64,000 bases of DNA from Alphaproteobacteria bacterium (lineage in GTDB: Bacteria; Pseudomonadota; Alphaproteobacteria; MPNO01; UBA830), in contig OZ251539.1 in the NCBI GenBank assembly GCA_965243135.1, forward strand, positions 5,664,001 to 5,728,000, written 5' to 3'. A program made the position numbers and the translations under genes. The first letter of the stretch is position 1, and each line of letters opens with the position of its first letter. This document shows positions 39,351 to 49,453 of this stretch, one piece after another. The notes beneath the pieces are model-generated. The model worked only from the letters and a program-made list of their open reading frames with translations. It was not told where the DNA came from and searched no databases.

Positions 39351-39658
39351 TACTGCGAGACGGACTTTGGTGGTTGCCGCGCTCGCCGGAGTCTTTGCCC
39401 TGCTGGTGCCGGAAAGGCGCGCAGCGGCGGCGTGAGTCGCCGCCGTGCGTCCGCCAGCCTTGCGCTGCCCGGCGGCAGCGCTCGCGCCCGCCCGACCGGT
39501 AAGCGCCTGAAGCGTAGCGGGAATGCGCCTCCGCGCTTTTCCCCGGCCGCCCGTGCCGCCGCGGAAACTGTCGGCTGCTTGTCGCGCGACGCGGCACGGG
39601 ACAGGCCTGCCGCCGCCGACTTCTTGACGGCTCCGGCGCAGCGGCCTAATCTCTTCCG

Positions 39659-41188
39659 ATGGCGAAACGCATGCTTCCGATCGGCTTGACTTCTCTCCGG
39701 AAAATCCGGGGGATGGACTGCTACTACGTCGACAAGACGGACCATATCCGCCGCCTTGTCGAGGGTGGTCAATATTATTTTCTGTCGCGTCCGCGCCGGT
39801 TCGGCAAGACCCTGCTGGTGGATACGCTGCAGGAGCTGTTCGAAGGAAGCGAGGAGTTGTTTCGGGGCCTCGCCGTGCACGGCAAGTGGGACTGGTCGAT
39901 ACGTCATCCTGTCGTGCGGATCAGCTTCGGCGGGGGCAATTTCGACTCCCCGGACCTCGTTCGGGGAAACGTGGAAGACCAGTTGGAGGAAACGGAGCGG
40001 CTGGCCGGCCTCGAACCGGGGCCCGCCGGGGCGGCGGTCCGTTTCCGGCACCTGATAAGGACGCTGCACGAGCGCGCCGGGCAGCGGACGGTCGTTCTGG
40101 TGGACGAATACGACAAGCCGATTCTGGACGCGCTCGGCGACCGGGAACTGGCGGCGGCCAACCGCGACTTCCTGCGCGGCTTCTACGCGATGATCAAGGA
40201 CTGCGACAGGCATCTCCGTTTCGTTTTCCTGACGGGGGTGAGCAAGTTATCAGGCCTGTTCTCTGGCCTGAACAACCTGAACGACATCACGCTGGACGAA
40301 CGCTACGGCGACATCTGCGGCTGCACCGACGCGGAGCTGGACGCGGTCTTCGCCCCTGAACTCGAGGGCCTGGACCGGGACGAAATCCGCCGCTGGTACA
40401 ACGGCTACAACTGGCTCGGACCGGAGAGGGTCTACAACCCGTTCGGCCTCCTGCTGCTGTTCGACAAACGCAAGCTCGGCAACTACTGGTTCCATAGCGG
40501 CACGCCGACCTTCCTGGTCGAGACGCTGGCGCGCCGCAACCTGCCCACTCCCCGCCTGGACGGCATGATCGGCAGCGAGAGCCTGCTCTCGGCCTTCGAC
40601 GTGGACAGGATCTCGGTCGAGGCGCTTCTGTTCCAGACCGGCTACCTCACCATCGCCGGCGAAGAGGGCGGGCGCTACCGGCTAGGCTACCCGAACCTCG
40701 AGGTGCGCCAGAGCCTGGGCGAGGCCCTGCTGGAAGAACTGCTCCCGGCCGAGGCCCGCGAGGAGACGGAGAACCTGCGGCTGGGCGAATTGCTGGCGGC
40801 GAACGACTTCAAGCGTCTCGAAACCCTGTTCCGCGGCATTTTCGCCGCCATCCCGCACCAGTGGTACATGAACAGCCCGGTCGCGAAGTACGAAGCCCAT
40901 TACGCGAGCGTCATCCACAGCTGCTTCCTGATGGAGGGCGTCGAGCCGGTGGCCGAGGACAGCGGCAGCCGGGGGCGGGCCGACATGGCGATCCGCGCCG
41001 GCGGGCGCGTCTACCTGTTCGAGTTCAAGGTGGTGGAGCGCGGGCGGGAGGGGGTCGCGCTCGCGCAGCTGCGGGAGAAGGGCTATGCGGACAAGTACCG
41101 CCGTCTCGGACGTTCGGTCCACCTGATCGGGGTGGAGTTCAGCCGCGAGGAGCGCAACGTCGTCGGCTTCGATTGCGAGGCCGCCTGA
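39659..41188 (+). CDS. AAA-ATPase-like + PD-(D/E)XK nuclease protein, copy C
   Basis: Same motifs; promoter TTGACG-17-TAATCT at 39624-39652. Confidence 0.9.
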   Translation: MAKRMLPIGLTSLRKIRGMDCYYVDKTDHIRRLVEGGQYYFLSRPRRFGKTLLVDTLQELFEGSEELFRGLAVHGKWDWSIRHPVVRISFGGGNFDSPDLVRGNVEDQLEETERLAGLEPGPAGAAVRFRHLIRTLHERAGQRTVVLVDEYDKPILDALGDRELAAANRDFLRGFYAMIKDCDRHLRFVFLTGVSKLSGLFSGLNNLNDITLDERYGDICGCTDAELDAVFAPELEGLDRDEIRRWYNGYNWLGPERVYNPFGLLLLFDKRKLGNYWFHSGTPTFLVETLARRNLPTPRLDGMIGSESLLSAFDVDRISVEALLFQTGYLTIAGEEGGRYRLGYPNLEVRQSLGEALLEELLPAEAREETENLRLGELLAANDFKRLETLFRGIFAAIPHQWYMNSPVAKYEAHYASVIHSCFLMEGVEPVAEDSGSRGRADMAIRAGGRVYLFEFKVVERGREGVALAQLREKGYADKYRRLGRSVHLIGVEFSREERNVVGFDCEAA

Positions 41189-41344
41189 ACGGCTTCCCGA
41201 CACGGCCGCCTCCGCGAAAGAACGCCGCCCGCGACGCGGGTTCTGCCTGCGGCGGCCGCCGGTTCCGCCGGTTCGTCGCACGGCTTGACGAGCCGCCCGG
41301 CCGAGGAAGCCGCGTCCGGCGGCGTCTCCCTGCAGGCGCTCCTG

Positions 41345-41800
41345 CCCTGTCATCACAAATCCTCTTCTGAACTGAGCAGGGGTGCGATCTCCCCGATTTC
41401 TTGATTTCCGCCCTCGTATGCCTGACGATAGCCGGCGAGACGGGAATAATCCTGCCAGATTTTCTGATGCCGGTCGGCGGGTTGCGGTTGCGGTAGCCGG
41501 CGGCGACGATCAGCAACGCCGCTTTGAGCGTCCCCGGCTTCGGCGTTCTCGGCAGTTTCGTCGCGTAGTCTTCGATAACGAGCAGTTCCATGTCCGAGAA
41601 CATGAGCTTGGCGGGCTGTCCGGCGTCTCGCGCGCCAGCAGGGCCATGATGCGCCAGACTGCGTTGATCACGCGCTCGAGACGGGCTGCGGTGCGGTGGC
41701 CCGTTTCTTCGACCTTGCATCCGGACTTCAGCGCGCGATGCCAGTCTGCGCCACCTCAGGGCATACCAACCCACGACCCGCATGGCGTCTTCGACAGACG
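41345..41800 (-). mobile_element. IS4-family (IS50/Tn5-like) transposase C-terminal relic
   Basis: VVGWYALRWR, HRALKSGCKVEE (shifted frame), FSDMELLVI, GYRNRNPP; frameshifted. Confidence 0.7.
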
Positions 41801-42029
41801 AAACGGCGACCGCGGTGAGCAGGAATCACCGGTTTGGCGCCGCGGCTTCGGCTCGCTGAACGATCTGAACGGGAAGCGGCGCGGTTCCGCCCGACATTGG
41901 CGGCAGCAGGACGGTCCGGTAAGCGTCGCCCGGTCGAACGCGGGAGCTGCCGACAGCAATTTTTTGCGGAAGCAACTACCGAAACGCTCGAACGGGACCA
42001 TCGAACTCGTCCGCTGGCGGTTCCCGGCT

Positions 42030-43574
42030 TCAGGCGGTCTCGAACTCGAAGCCGACGATGTTGCGCTCTTCCCGTCCGAACTCCATGCCGATCAACCGGA
42101 TCGGCACGCCGAGATGCCGGTACTTGTCCGCGTAGCCGCGCTCCCGCATCTGCGCCAGCGCTTGGCCTTCGTGCTGTTGGTCCACGACCTTGAACTCGTA
42201 CAGATGCACGCATCCCGGACTCAGCACAGCCATGTCCAGTCGCCCGCGGGCGGTCGCTTCCTCGACCCGAACGTCCAGACCCGCCGCCGCGAAGTGCGAG
42301 TAGACGAGGGCCGCCCAATAGCCCTCGTAGAGGTCGTTCTTCCGGTGCCAGTCGTGAGGAACGCTCGCGAAGAACGCCTCGAACAGCGCTCTCACCCTCT
42401 CCGGATCGTCCTCCGCCGTCAGCCTGGCCAGTTCCGCCTGCCGCGTCGCCTCCTGCCCCGTCGTCGGCGCCATGGCGCGCAACAGCCTCTTGTTCAGGCT
42501 GAGCTTCACCTCGTAGTTCGGGTAGTCCAGCCGGTAGAGGCTCCCGCCGTCTGCGGCCTCCTCGCCGACAATGGTCAAGTAGCCGGTCTGGAACAAAAGC
42601 GCTTCGGTCGAGATGTCGTCGACGTCGAAGGCCGACAGCAACTCGTCGTCCGCGACAAGCCCCTCAAGGGCCGGCGTCGCGACCCGGCGGCGCGATAGAA
42701 GGTCGACGAGGAAGGTCGGCGTGCCGCTCTGGAACCAGTGCGCCTCGAACTTGCGCGTTTCGAAGAGAAGGAGGACGTCGAACGGGTTGTAGACCTTCTC
42801 CGCGCCGCACCAGTTGTAGCCATTGTACCAGCGCCGGACTTCTTCCCGGTCCAGGCCCTCGATCTCCGGGGCGAAGACCGTATCCAGTTCTTCGTCCGTG
42901 TAACCGCAAAGGGTACCGAAACGCGGATCGAGGGTGATGTCGCGCAGGTTGTTCAGGCCCGAGAACACGCCCGCTTGCGAGAACTTGCTCACCCCCGTCA
43001 GGAAAACGAAACGCAGCTGTCTGTCGCAAGCCTTGATCACCCCGTACAAGCTGCGCAGGAAGTCGCGGTTGGCCCGCGCCAGTTCCCGGTCGCCGAGCGC
43101 GTCCAGGATCGGCTTGTCGTATTCGTCCACCAGAACGACCGCCTGCCGCCCGGTGCGCTCGTGCAGGGCCTCGATCAATTCCCAGAAACGAACCGACGCC
43201 TCGACGGAGCCCGGTTCGAGGCCGGCGCGCCTCTCCGCCGCCGCTAGCTGCGCTTCCACGGTTACGCGAACCCCGTCCGGGGCGCGGAAATCGCCCCCTC
43301 TGCTGAAATCCAGCCGCACGACCGGATGGTGCGCCGACCAGTCCCACTTGCCGTGCACGGCGAGGCCCCGGAACAACTCCTCGCTTCCCTCGAACAACTC
43401 CTGCAGCGTGTCCACCAGCAAGCTCTTGCCGAACCGGCGCGGACGCGACAGGAAATTGTACTTGCCCCTCTCGACGAGGCGGCGCGCATGCTCCGTCTTG
43501 TCGACGTAGTAGCAGTCCATTTTCCGGATCTCCCGGAGGGAGGTCATACCGGTCGGAAGCATGCGTTTCGTCAT
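42030..43574 (-). CDS. AAA-ATPase-like + PD-(D/E)XK nuclease protein, copy D
   Basis: Same motifs; promoter TTGACC-17-TACCCT at 43609-43581. Confidence 0.9.
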   Translation of the reverse strand: MTKRMLPTGMTSLREIRKMDCYYVDKTEHARRLVERGKYNFLSRPRRFGKSLLVDTLQELFEGSEELFRGLAVHGKWDWSAHHPVVRLDFSRGGDFRAPDGVRVTVEAQLAAAERRAGLEPGSVEASVRFWELIEALHERTGRQAVVLVDEYDKPILDALGDRELARANRDFLRSLYGVIKACDRQLRFVFLTGVSKFSQAGVFSGLNNLRDITLDPRFGTLCGYTDEELDTVFAPEIEGLDREEVRRWYNGYNWCGAEKVYNPFDVLLLFETRKFEAHWFQSGTPTFLVDLLSRRRVATPALEGLVADDELLSAFDVDDISTEALLFQTGYLTIVGEEAADGGSLYRLDYPNYEVKLSLNKRLLRAMAPTTGQEATRQAELARLTAEDDPERVRALFEAFFASVPHDWHRKNDLYEGYWAALVYSHFAAAGLDVRVEEATARGRLDMAVLSPGCVHLYEFKVVDQQHEGQALAQMRERGYADKYRHLGVPIRLIGMEFGREERNIVGFEFETA

Positions 43575-44113
43575 CCTAAAAGGGTAGGCCGCCGTACCGG
43601 AGCGGTCAAGGAGCGGTGAACGCGAGACGTTCGCGCTGCGCCATGTTTTGGTCGGCTGCCGTCGGTCCGGCGCGGGCGACTCGGGCAACTTGTCTCCCCA
43701 TGAAAAGAATGTTCCCCTGCCGCCTCTCGTGGCATTCAGCCAGGATGCTCACGACAACCCTCGGGGGGCCGGATTTTTTTGCGCGGAGACGCGCCGCCCA
43801 TTGTCGCAGCGCGGCGTCCGGGCGGACGGCTTGGGACGGAGTCTGCGGAACCTGCCGCCCCGGAAAATCCGCGGTCACCGGGGACATCCGCCGCCCTTGA
43901 AAGCCGTCGGGATTTCAGGACGCCGGGAACGGCGACTGAGCGTCCGTAGAGAGGAGCCGCCGGGCCGGAATTCCCGCCCGCCTCCTCGGCGGCGCTTCCC
44001 GCCAAGTTCCCGGAGGGCAAGGCGGCGGAATAAAAGACGACAGCCTTTCGCCGAGGCGGCTGTCGAAACGCTCGAACGGGACCATCGAACTCGTCCGCTG
44101 GCGGTTCCCGGCT

Positions 44114-45661
44114 TCAGGCGGTCTCGAACTCGAAGCCGACGATGTTGCGCTCTTCCCGTCCGAACTCCATGCCGATCAACCGGATCGGCACGCCGAGATG
44201 CCGGTACTTGTCTGCGTAGCCGCGCTCCCGCATCTGCGCCAGCGCTTGGCCTTCGTGCTGTTGGTCCACGACCTTGAACTCGTACAGATGCACGCATCCC
44301 GGACTCAGCACAGCCATGTCCAGTCGCCCGCGGGCGGTCGCTTCCTCGACCCGAACGTCCAGACCCGCCGCCGCGAAGTGCGAGTAGACGAGGGCCGCCC
44401 AATAGCCCTCGTAATTTGCGAGGTCGTTCTTCCGGTGCCAGTCGTGAGGAACGCTCGCGAAGAACGCCTCGAACAGCGTCCTCACCTTCTCCGGATCGTC
44501 CTCCGCCGTCAGCCTGGCCAGCTCCGCCTGCCGCGTCGCCTCCTGCCCCTTTACCGGCGACATGGCGCGCAGCAGCCTCTTGTTCAGGCTGAGTTTCACC
44601 TCGTAGTTCGGGTAACCCAGCCGATAGAGGCTGCCGCCGCCGACGGCTTCCTCGCCGACGATGGTCAGGTAGCCGGTCTGGAACAAAAGCGCTTCGGTCG
44701 AGATGTCGTCGACGTCGAAAGTCGAGAGCAGTTCGTCGTCCGCGAACATGCCCTCCAGGGCCGGCGGCGCGACCTGGCGGCGCGACAGAAGGTCGACGAG
44801 GAAGGTCGGCGTGCCGCTCCTGAACCAGTGCGCCTCGAACTGGCGACGCCGGAACAGCAGCAGGACATCGAACGGGTTGTAGACCCTGTCCGCGCCGCGC
44901 CAGTTGTAGCCGTTGTACCAGCGGCGTATTTCGTCCCGGTCCAGGCCCTCGAGTTCAAGAGCGAAGACTGCGTCCAGCTCCGAGTCCGTGTAGCCGCAAA
45001 TGTTCGAGAACTCCGGCTCCAGCGTGATGTCGATCAGGTTGTTCAGGCCCGAGAAAATGCCCGCCTGCGAGAACTTGCTCACGCCCGTCAGGAAAACGAA
45101 ACGGAGATGCCTGTCGCTGTCCTTGATCATCGCGTAGAAGCCGCGCAGGAAGTCGCGGTTGGCACGCGCCAGTTCCCGGTCGCCGAGCGCGTCCAGGATC
45201 GGCTTGTCGTATTCGTCGACCAGAACGACCACTCGCTGCCCGGCGCGCTCGTGCAGCGTCCTTATCAGGCGCCGGAAACGGACCGCCGCCCCGGCGGGGC
45301 CCGGTTCGAGGCCGGCCAGCCGCTCCGTTTCCTCCAACTGGTCTTCCACGTTTCCCCGAACGAGGTCCGGAGAGTCGAAATTGCCCCCGCCGAAGCTGAT
45401 CCGCACGACGGGATGGCGCGTCGACCAGTTCCACTTGCCGTGTATGGCGAGGCCCCGGAACAGCTCCTCGCTTCCCTCGAACAGCTCCTGCAGCGTGTCC
45501 ACCAGCAGGGTCTTGCCGAACCGGCGCGGACGCGACAGGAAATAGAGCTTGCCCTCCTCGACGAGGCGGTGCACATGGTCCGTCTTGTCGACGTAGTAGC
45601 AGTCCAGATCCCGGATCTCCCGGAGGGAGGTCATGCCGATCGGCAGCATGCGCTTGGTCAT
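44114..45661 (-). CDS. AAA-ATPase-like + PD-(D/E)XK nuclease protein, copy E
   Basis: Same motifs; promoter TTGACG-17-TACTCT at 45696-45668. Confidence 0.9.
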   Translation of the reverse strand: MTKRMLPIGMTSLREIRDLDCYYVDKTDHVHRLVEEGKLYFLSRPRRFGKTLLVDTLQELFEGSEELFRGLAIHGKWNWSTRHPVVRISFGGGNFDSPDLVRGNVEDQLEETERLAGLEPGPAGAAVRFRRLIRTLHERAGQRVVVLVDEYDKPILDALGDRELARANRDFLRGFYAMIKDSDRHLRFVFLTGVSKFSQAGIFSGLNNLIDITLEPEFSNICGYTDSELDAVFALELEGLDRDEIRRWYNGYNWRGADRVYNPFDVLLLFRRRQFEAHWFRSGTPTFLVDLLSRRQVAPPALEGMFADDELLSTFDVDDISTEALLFQTGYLTIVGEEAVGGGSLYRLGYPNYEVKLSLNKRLLRAMSPVKGQEATRQAELARLTAEDDPEKVRTLFEAFFASVPHDWHRKNDLANYEGYWAALVYSHFAAAGLDVRVEEATARGRLDMAVLSPGCVHLYEFKVVDQQHEGQALAQMRERGYADKYRHLGVPIRLIGMEFGREERNIVGFEFETA

Positions 45662-45868
45662 TCGAAAAGAGTAGGCCGCCGCGCCGTCACCGTCAATGAG
45701 GAGGCGATTGGAGGCGTTTGCGCTGCGCCATGTTTTGCTGCCGTCAGCACAGCACTGCGCGGACCGCTCCGTCCACCCGCGGCGGCGCCATTCGCATTGA
45801 TCTTCGAATGCGCTATAATGCATCGCCCAAAGAGGCATTCTGTCGTCTGCATTCCAAGAGGAACATCG

Positions 45869-47263
45869 ATGAAGAAATACGAACGCATGGCGGGCCGCGC
45901 GCTTCGCCGAACTGTCGTGGTGGGCGGCGTTCTTCTCGCCGCGGCCTTCATGGCGGCTGATGCGCATGCCGCCCTCGACGCCGAATCGAAGTTCGTTCTG
46001 AACAGTTTTTCGTTCCTCATATGGGGTGCGCTGGTCATGTGGATGTGCGCGGGCTTCACCATGCTCGAGTCCGGCACCGTGCGGACCAAGAACGCTTCGG
46101 TCATCTGCCTGAAGAATATCGGGCTCTATTCCATTGCCGGCCTCGCCTTCTATCTTCTCGGCTACAACATCATGTATACCGATGTCGGAAGCTGGATCGG
46201 TTCCGTCAAGCTGTTATACGGCACGTCCGCCGATGAAATCGCGCTGCTGTCGGACAAGGCGGACGCGCTGGCCGGGGTTCTCGAGAACGGCTACTCCAAG
46301 ATGTCGGACTGGTTCTTCCAGATGGTGTTCGTGGCGACCACCGCGTCCATCGTGTCCGGCGCGCTTGCCGAGCGCGTCAAGCTTTGGTCGTTTTTCCTGT
46401 TCATCGCGCTTCTGACGGCGATCATCTATCCGATCGTCGGCTCATGGACCTGGGGCGGCGGCTGGCTCAGCGACTACGGTTTTCAGGATTTCGCGGGATC
46501 GACGATCGTTCACTCGACCGGCGGCTGGGCGGCGCTGGCCGGCATCATGGTCGTCGGCGCGAGGACCGGCAAGTTCAGGGCCGACGGCAGCGTAAAGAGC
46601 ACTCCGCCGTCGAACGTGCCGGCCGTAACTCTGGGCGTATTCATCCTCTGGCTGGGCTGGTTCGGTTTCAACGGAGGTTCGCAGCTGGCTTTGGGCGGCG
46701 CGGCCGATGCGGTGGCGATCAGCAACATTTTGGCGAACACCAATCTTGCGGCGGCGGCCGGCGTCATGGTGGCGCTCGCCCTGTCCAGGCCGGTGTTCGG
46801 GCGAGTCGATCTGCTCGCCGCGCTGAACGGCGCCATAGCCGGGCTGGTTTCCATCACCGCGGGTCCCGACATCGTCGAGCATTACTGGGCCGTCATCATC
46901 GGCGCCGTCGGCGGCGCCATCTGCGTCTTGGGCATGAAATTGCTCGAAACGTTGAAGCTCGACGACGTGGTCGGCGCAATTCCCGCCCATCTGTTCGCCG
47001 GCGCATGGGGAACGCTCGCCGTCTGCATTGCCGCCGGCGGCGACATCGTCGTGCAGATCGTCGGCGTGTTGGCCGTGGGCGTCTTCGTGTTCGCCTGTTC
47101 CATAGTTCTCTGGCTGATCATCGACAAGGTTTTCGGAGCGCGCGTTTCGCTGAAGGTCGAGGAGTTGGGTCAGGATACGGCGGAGCTCGGAATCGAGGCG
47201 TATCCCGAATTCGTGCTGATGCCCGACATGGACGAGGCGGACGATTTCTCGGCCCAAAAGTGA
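45869..47263 (+). CDS. amtB: Ammonium transporter
   Basis: AGFTMLESG, FFQMVFVAT, DFAGSTIVH, LWLGWFGFNGGS, LDDVVGAIPAH. Confidence 0.95.
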   Translation: MKKYERMAGRALRRTVVVGGVLLAAAFMAADAHAALDAESKFVLNSFSFLIWGALVMWMCAGFTMLESGTVRTKNASVICLKNIGLYSIAGLAFYLLGYNIMYTDVGSWIGSVKLLYGTSADEIALLSDKADALAGVLENGYSKMSDWFFQMVFVATTASIVSGALAERVKLWSFFLFIALLTAIIYPIVGSWTWGGGWLSDYGFQDFAGSTIVHSTGGWAALAGIMVVGARTGKFRADGSVKSTPPSNVPAVTLGVFILWLGWFGFNGGSQLALGGAADAVAISNILANTNLAAAAGVMVALALSRPVFGRVDLLAALNGAIAGLVSITAGPDIVEHYWAVIIGAVGGAICVLGMKLLETLKLDDVVGAIPAHLFAGAWGTLAVCIAAGGDIVVQIVGVLAVGVFVFACSIVLWLIIDKVFGARVSLKVEELGQDTAELGIEAYPEFVLMPDMDEADDFSAQK

Positions 47264-47298
47264 CGGCGACCCCGGGCAACGGGGCAGAAAACCCCGCA

Positions 47299-47333
47299 GA
47301 GCTTTCCCGGACCGGCAGGTTCCGGGAAAGCTC
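47299..47333. terminator. Perfect 13-bp hairpin downstream of amtB
   Basis: gagctttcccgga-N9-tccgggaaagctc; no U-tract, so terminator function is uncertain. Confidence 0.45.
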
Positions 47334-48552
47334 CGTCCGGGGAGCGGCGGAGCGCCGCGGCTCTTCGCGCGCCCCGGCGCCGCGCAGTCCGCCGTTGGCC
47401 TGACGGCAGACCGCCACGACGAAGAAAGGGGCGCAGGTTGACCCGGCTTTCCCGCAGGGAAAGGAGAATCCCGAGCTCCAAGGAGAGACCGCGGCCAAAA
47501 GCGCAGGAATCTGCAGGCGACCGCGGCCGTAGGCGCGGCCGGTCGGTCCGGCCCGCGTAGTCGCCGCGGACCAGCGGCCGCACGCGCCGTTCACGGTCAC
47601 CCGACGTGGCGACCAGCGCGCCTTTGGCGCGTGACGCCTCTCTCCCTGAAGATGCAGCTGCTTTCCTGCCGGACGCCGGGAGCATGGTTGCCGGTAGTCC
47701 AGATGTTGCGGGCGTCGAGCCGGCCTCGCCAGTGCGACGGCCGCCGCGGGATTCTTCGCCCGTGCGTCTTCCCTCGTCGAGATCCCCTCGCTGTACGGGT
47801 GCGTGAACCTGCCCGCGCGGCCGAGTTGCAGCGGCATGAACGTAGATGATGGCCGATGCCTTCGCGCAGGGCCGCGGGAAACGAAGTCATCGACGGCGCC
47901 AATTCCGGGGTTATGGACCACGCTGGAGCGGTTTTTCCTGTCCGCGTACCGGCACGGAGGTCCGCCTGTTGCAGAAGGACTGCTCCTGAAGAAATTGCCG
48001 TCGCAAGACGGGCCGAGAACCCCTTTCATGGGATTCCGCGTCAGGCGGCGAATCCGTACGACGAAATGCGGCAGGCGTGAGAATCTATCGGCGCGAGGCG
48101 TAGGAAACGGGCTCGCGTCGAGAGAAACGATCGGTCGGGCCCAGCGGGGACGACGAGGCCGGAGATTGGAGCCGCGTGCGCTGTCCGCAACACCTTGAAA
48201 TGCGGACAGCTTTCCGGGGCGCGGAATTTTTTTACCCCGATTCGGGTACGGAAAACCGCGAATTCTTCGCGTCGGGACCGCGATTTTCGCAGATTCCACC
48301 CCACGGCCGGCCGGGTGCCGCTCCCCCGATTGGCCAACTGCGTTCAGACCACGGCCCGGCTTGCACCAGGTTTGCGGCGTGGCAACCGGATACTCGCCTT
48401 TTGTTCTGAAGACCGAGCACCCCCTCGGCACTTGTCTGGCAAGCTCGCCGAGGGGGATCCTCAAATAATTTGATTAAAATCCACATGAAACCTGTGCATA
48501 TCCTTGCACAGCCACACATGATACTGATGGCAGATGTTTTGGAGGCAGAGCA

Positions 48553-48798
48553 ATGGCGACGATCAACGTGCGGCAACTGGGCGTGGTCCGGCACCTTAAG
48601 CGGCGGGCCGCCGGGAACAACCGCTCTCTGGAAGGCGAAGTGCGCCACATTCTTCGCGGCGCGGTCGCGGACGACATGGCGGCGAAGCGGGCGTCCTTCC
48701 GGGCTCTGGCCGCGAGGCTGCGGCGGAAGACCGAAGGGGACGCGCAAACGCTCTCGGAAATCCGCGAGGATCGTGACGGCGGGCACCGAGTGGGCTGA
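48553..48798 (+). CDS. FitA/Arc-like ribbon-helix-helix antitoxin
   Basis: MATINVRQL..LKRRAA.NNRSLEGEVRHIL..IREDRD; GGAGG RBS; overlaps the PIN gene. Confidence 0.8.
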   Translation: MATINVRQLGVVRHLKRRAAGNNRSLEGEVRHILRGAVADDMAAKRASFRALAARLRRKTEGDAQTLSEIREDRDGGHRVG

Positions 48799-49215
48799 TG
48801 CGTCTGGTGGTCGACGCCAGCGTGGCGGTCAAATGGCTGATCGCGGAGGACGGTTCGGACGCGGCGGCTCTCTTGTTGATGGACGGCGACGATCTGCATG
48901 CGCCGCGTCTGATGGCTTCCGAGGTCGCCAACGCGCTGTGGTGCAAGATCCGGAAGGGCGAGGTCGAGCGCGGCCAAGTCGACGTTCTGACGGCCGCCGT
49001 ATGCCCGTTCGTTGGAGCGCGGACGAGACGGTGTGCGTGGACGCTGTTCGTCTGGCCGTCGCGCTCGACCGACCGGTTTACGACTGCATGTACCTGACTC
49101 TGGCGCATCGCCTTGAAGCTCGATTGGTGACGGCGGACCGGCGCTTTGCGAACGCTCTGGCGTCGACCGAGCACGGCGGCGCCGTAACGACGCTGGCGGA
49201 CCATGCGCGGGAACG
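48798..49215 (+). pseudogene. vapC: VapC/PIN toxin, frameshifted near 49000
   Basis: VVDASVAVKW...EVANALW in one frame, VYDCMYLTLA...LVTADRRF in another; end approximate. Confidence 0.75.
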
Positions 49216-49453
49216 ATGGGCCGGTCAAGCGCGAACGGGTTGTCATTGGGCGGTCGCATGCCCGGGGGAAGCGCAGGCTTTCGGCCCGCTGTGCCGACGG
49301 AGACATCGGCGCTCTCAGGTCAACGAGGTCTTCTCGCTCGCGGATGGTTTTCGTGAATAAGCAGGAAATCATGAAAACAGGCCCACGCTATTTTCGTGCG
49401 TCAGAACGCCGGTCGGAGCCCAACCGATGAACCGGGCGGGCCTCTGGAACGTG

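Noticed and set aside
43690-43900. Group II intron end or IS110 C-terminal remnant between copies D and E
   Set aside because: Resemblance too weak; no convincing domain V or transposase motif.
37365-45661. Diversity-generating retroelement or recombinase-driven shufflon as the cause of AAA gene variation
   Set aside because: No reverse transcriptase, no adenine-specific TR/VR pair and no site-specific recombinase in the window; variation is block-wise.
45790-45840. NtrC site or sigma54 promoter upstream of amtB
   Set aside because: Poor match to TGCACC-N5-GGTGCA and to the GG-N10-GC consensus.
44198-45868. Apparent 1021-aa fusion upstream of amtB, and long N-terminal extensions on hipA, AAA copy A, the dapA-like gene and the autotransporter
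   Set aside because: The extensions are antisense to other genes or cross non-coding relics; better starts with an RBS or promoter lie downstream.
47400-48170. Eroded transposase in long non-coding tracts (also 1-430, 980-1360, 17950-18600)
   Set aside because: Probably decayed mobile DNA, but no family motif or terminal repeat could be supported by eye.
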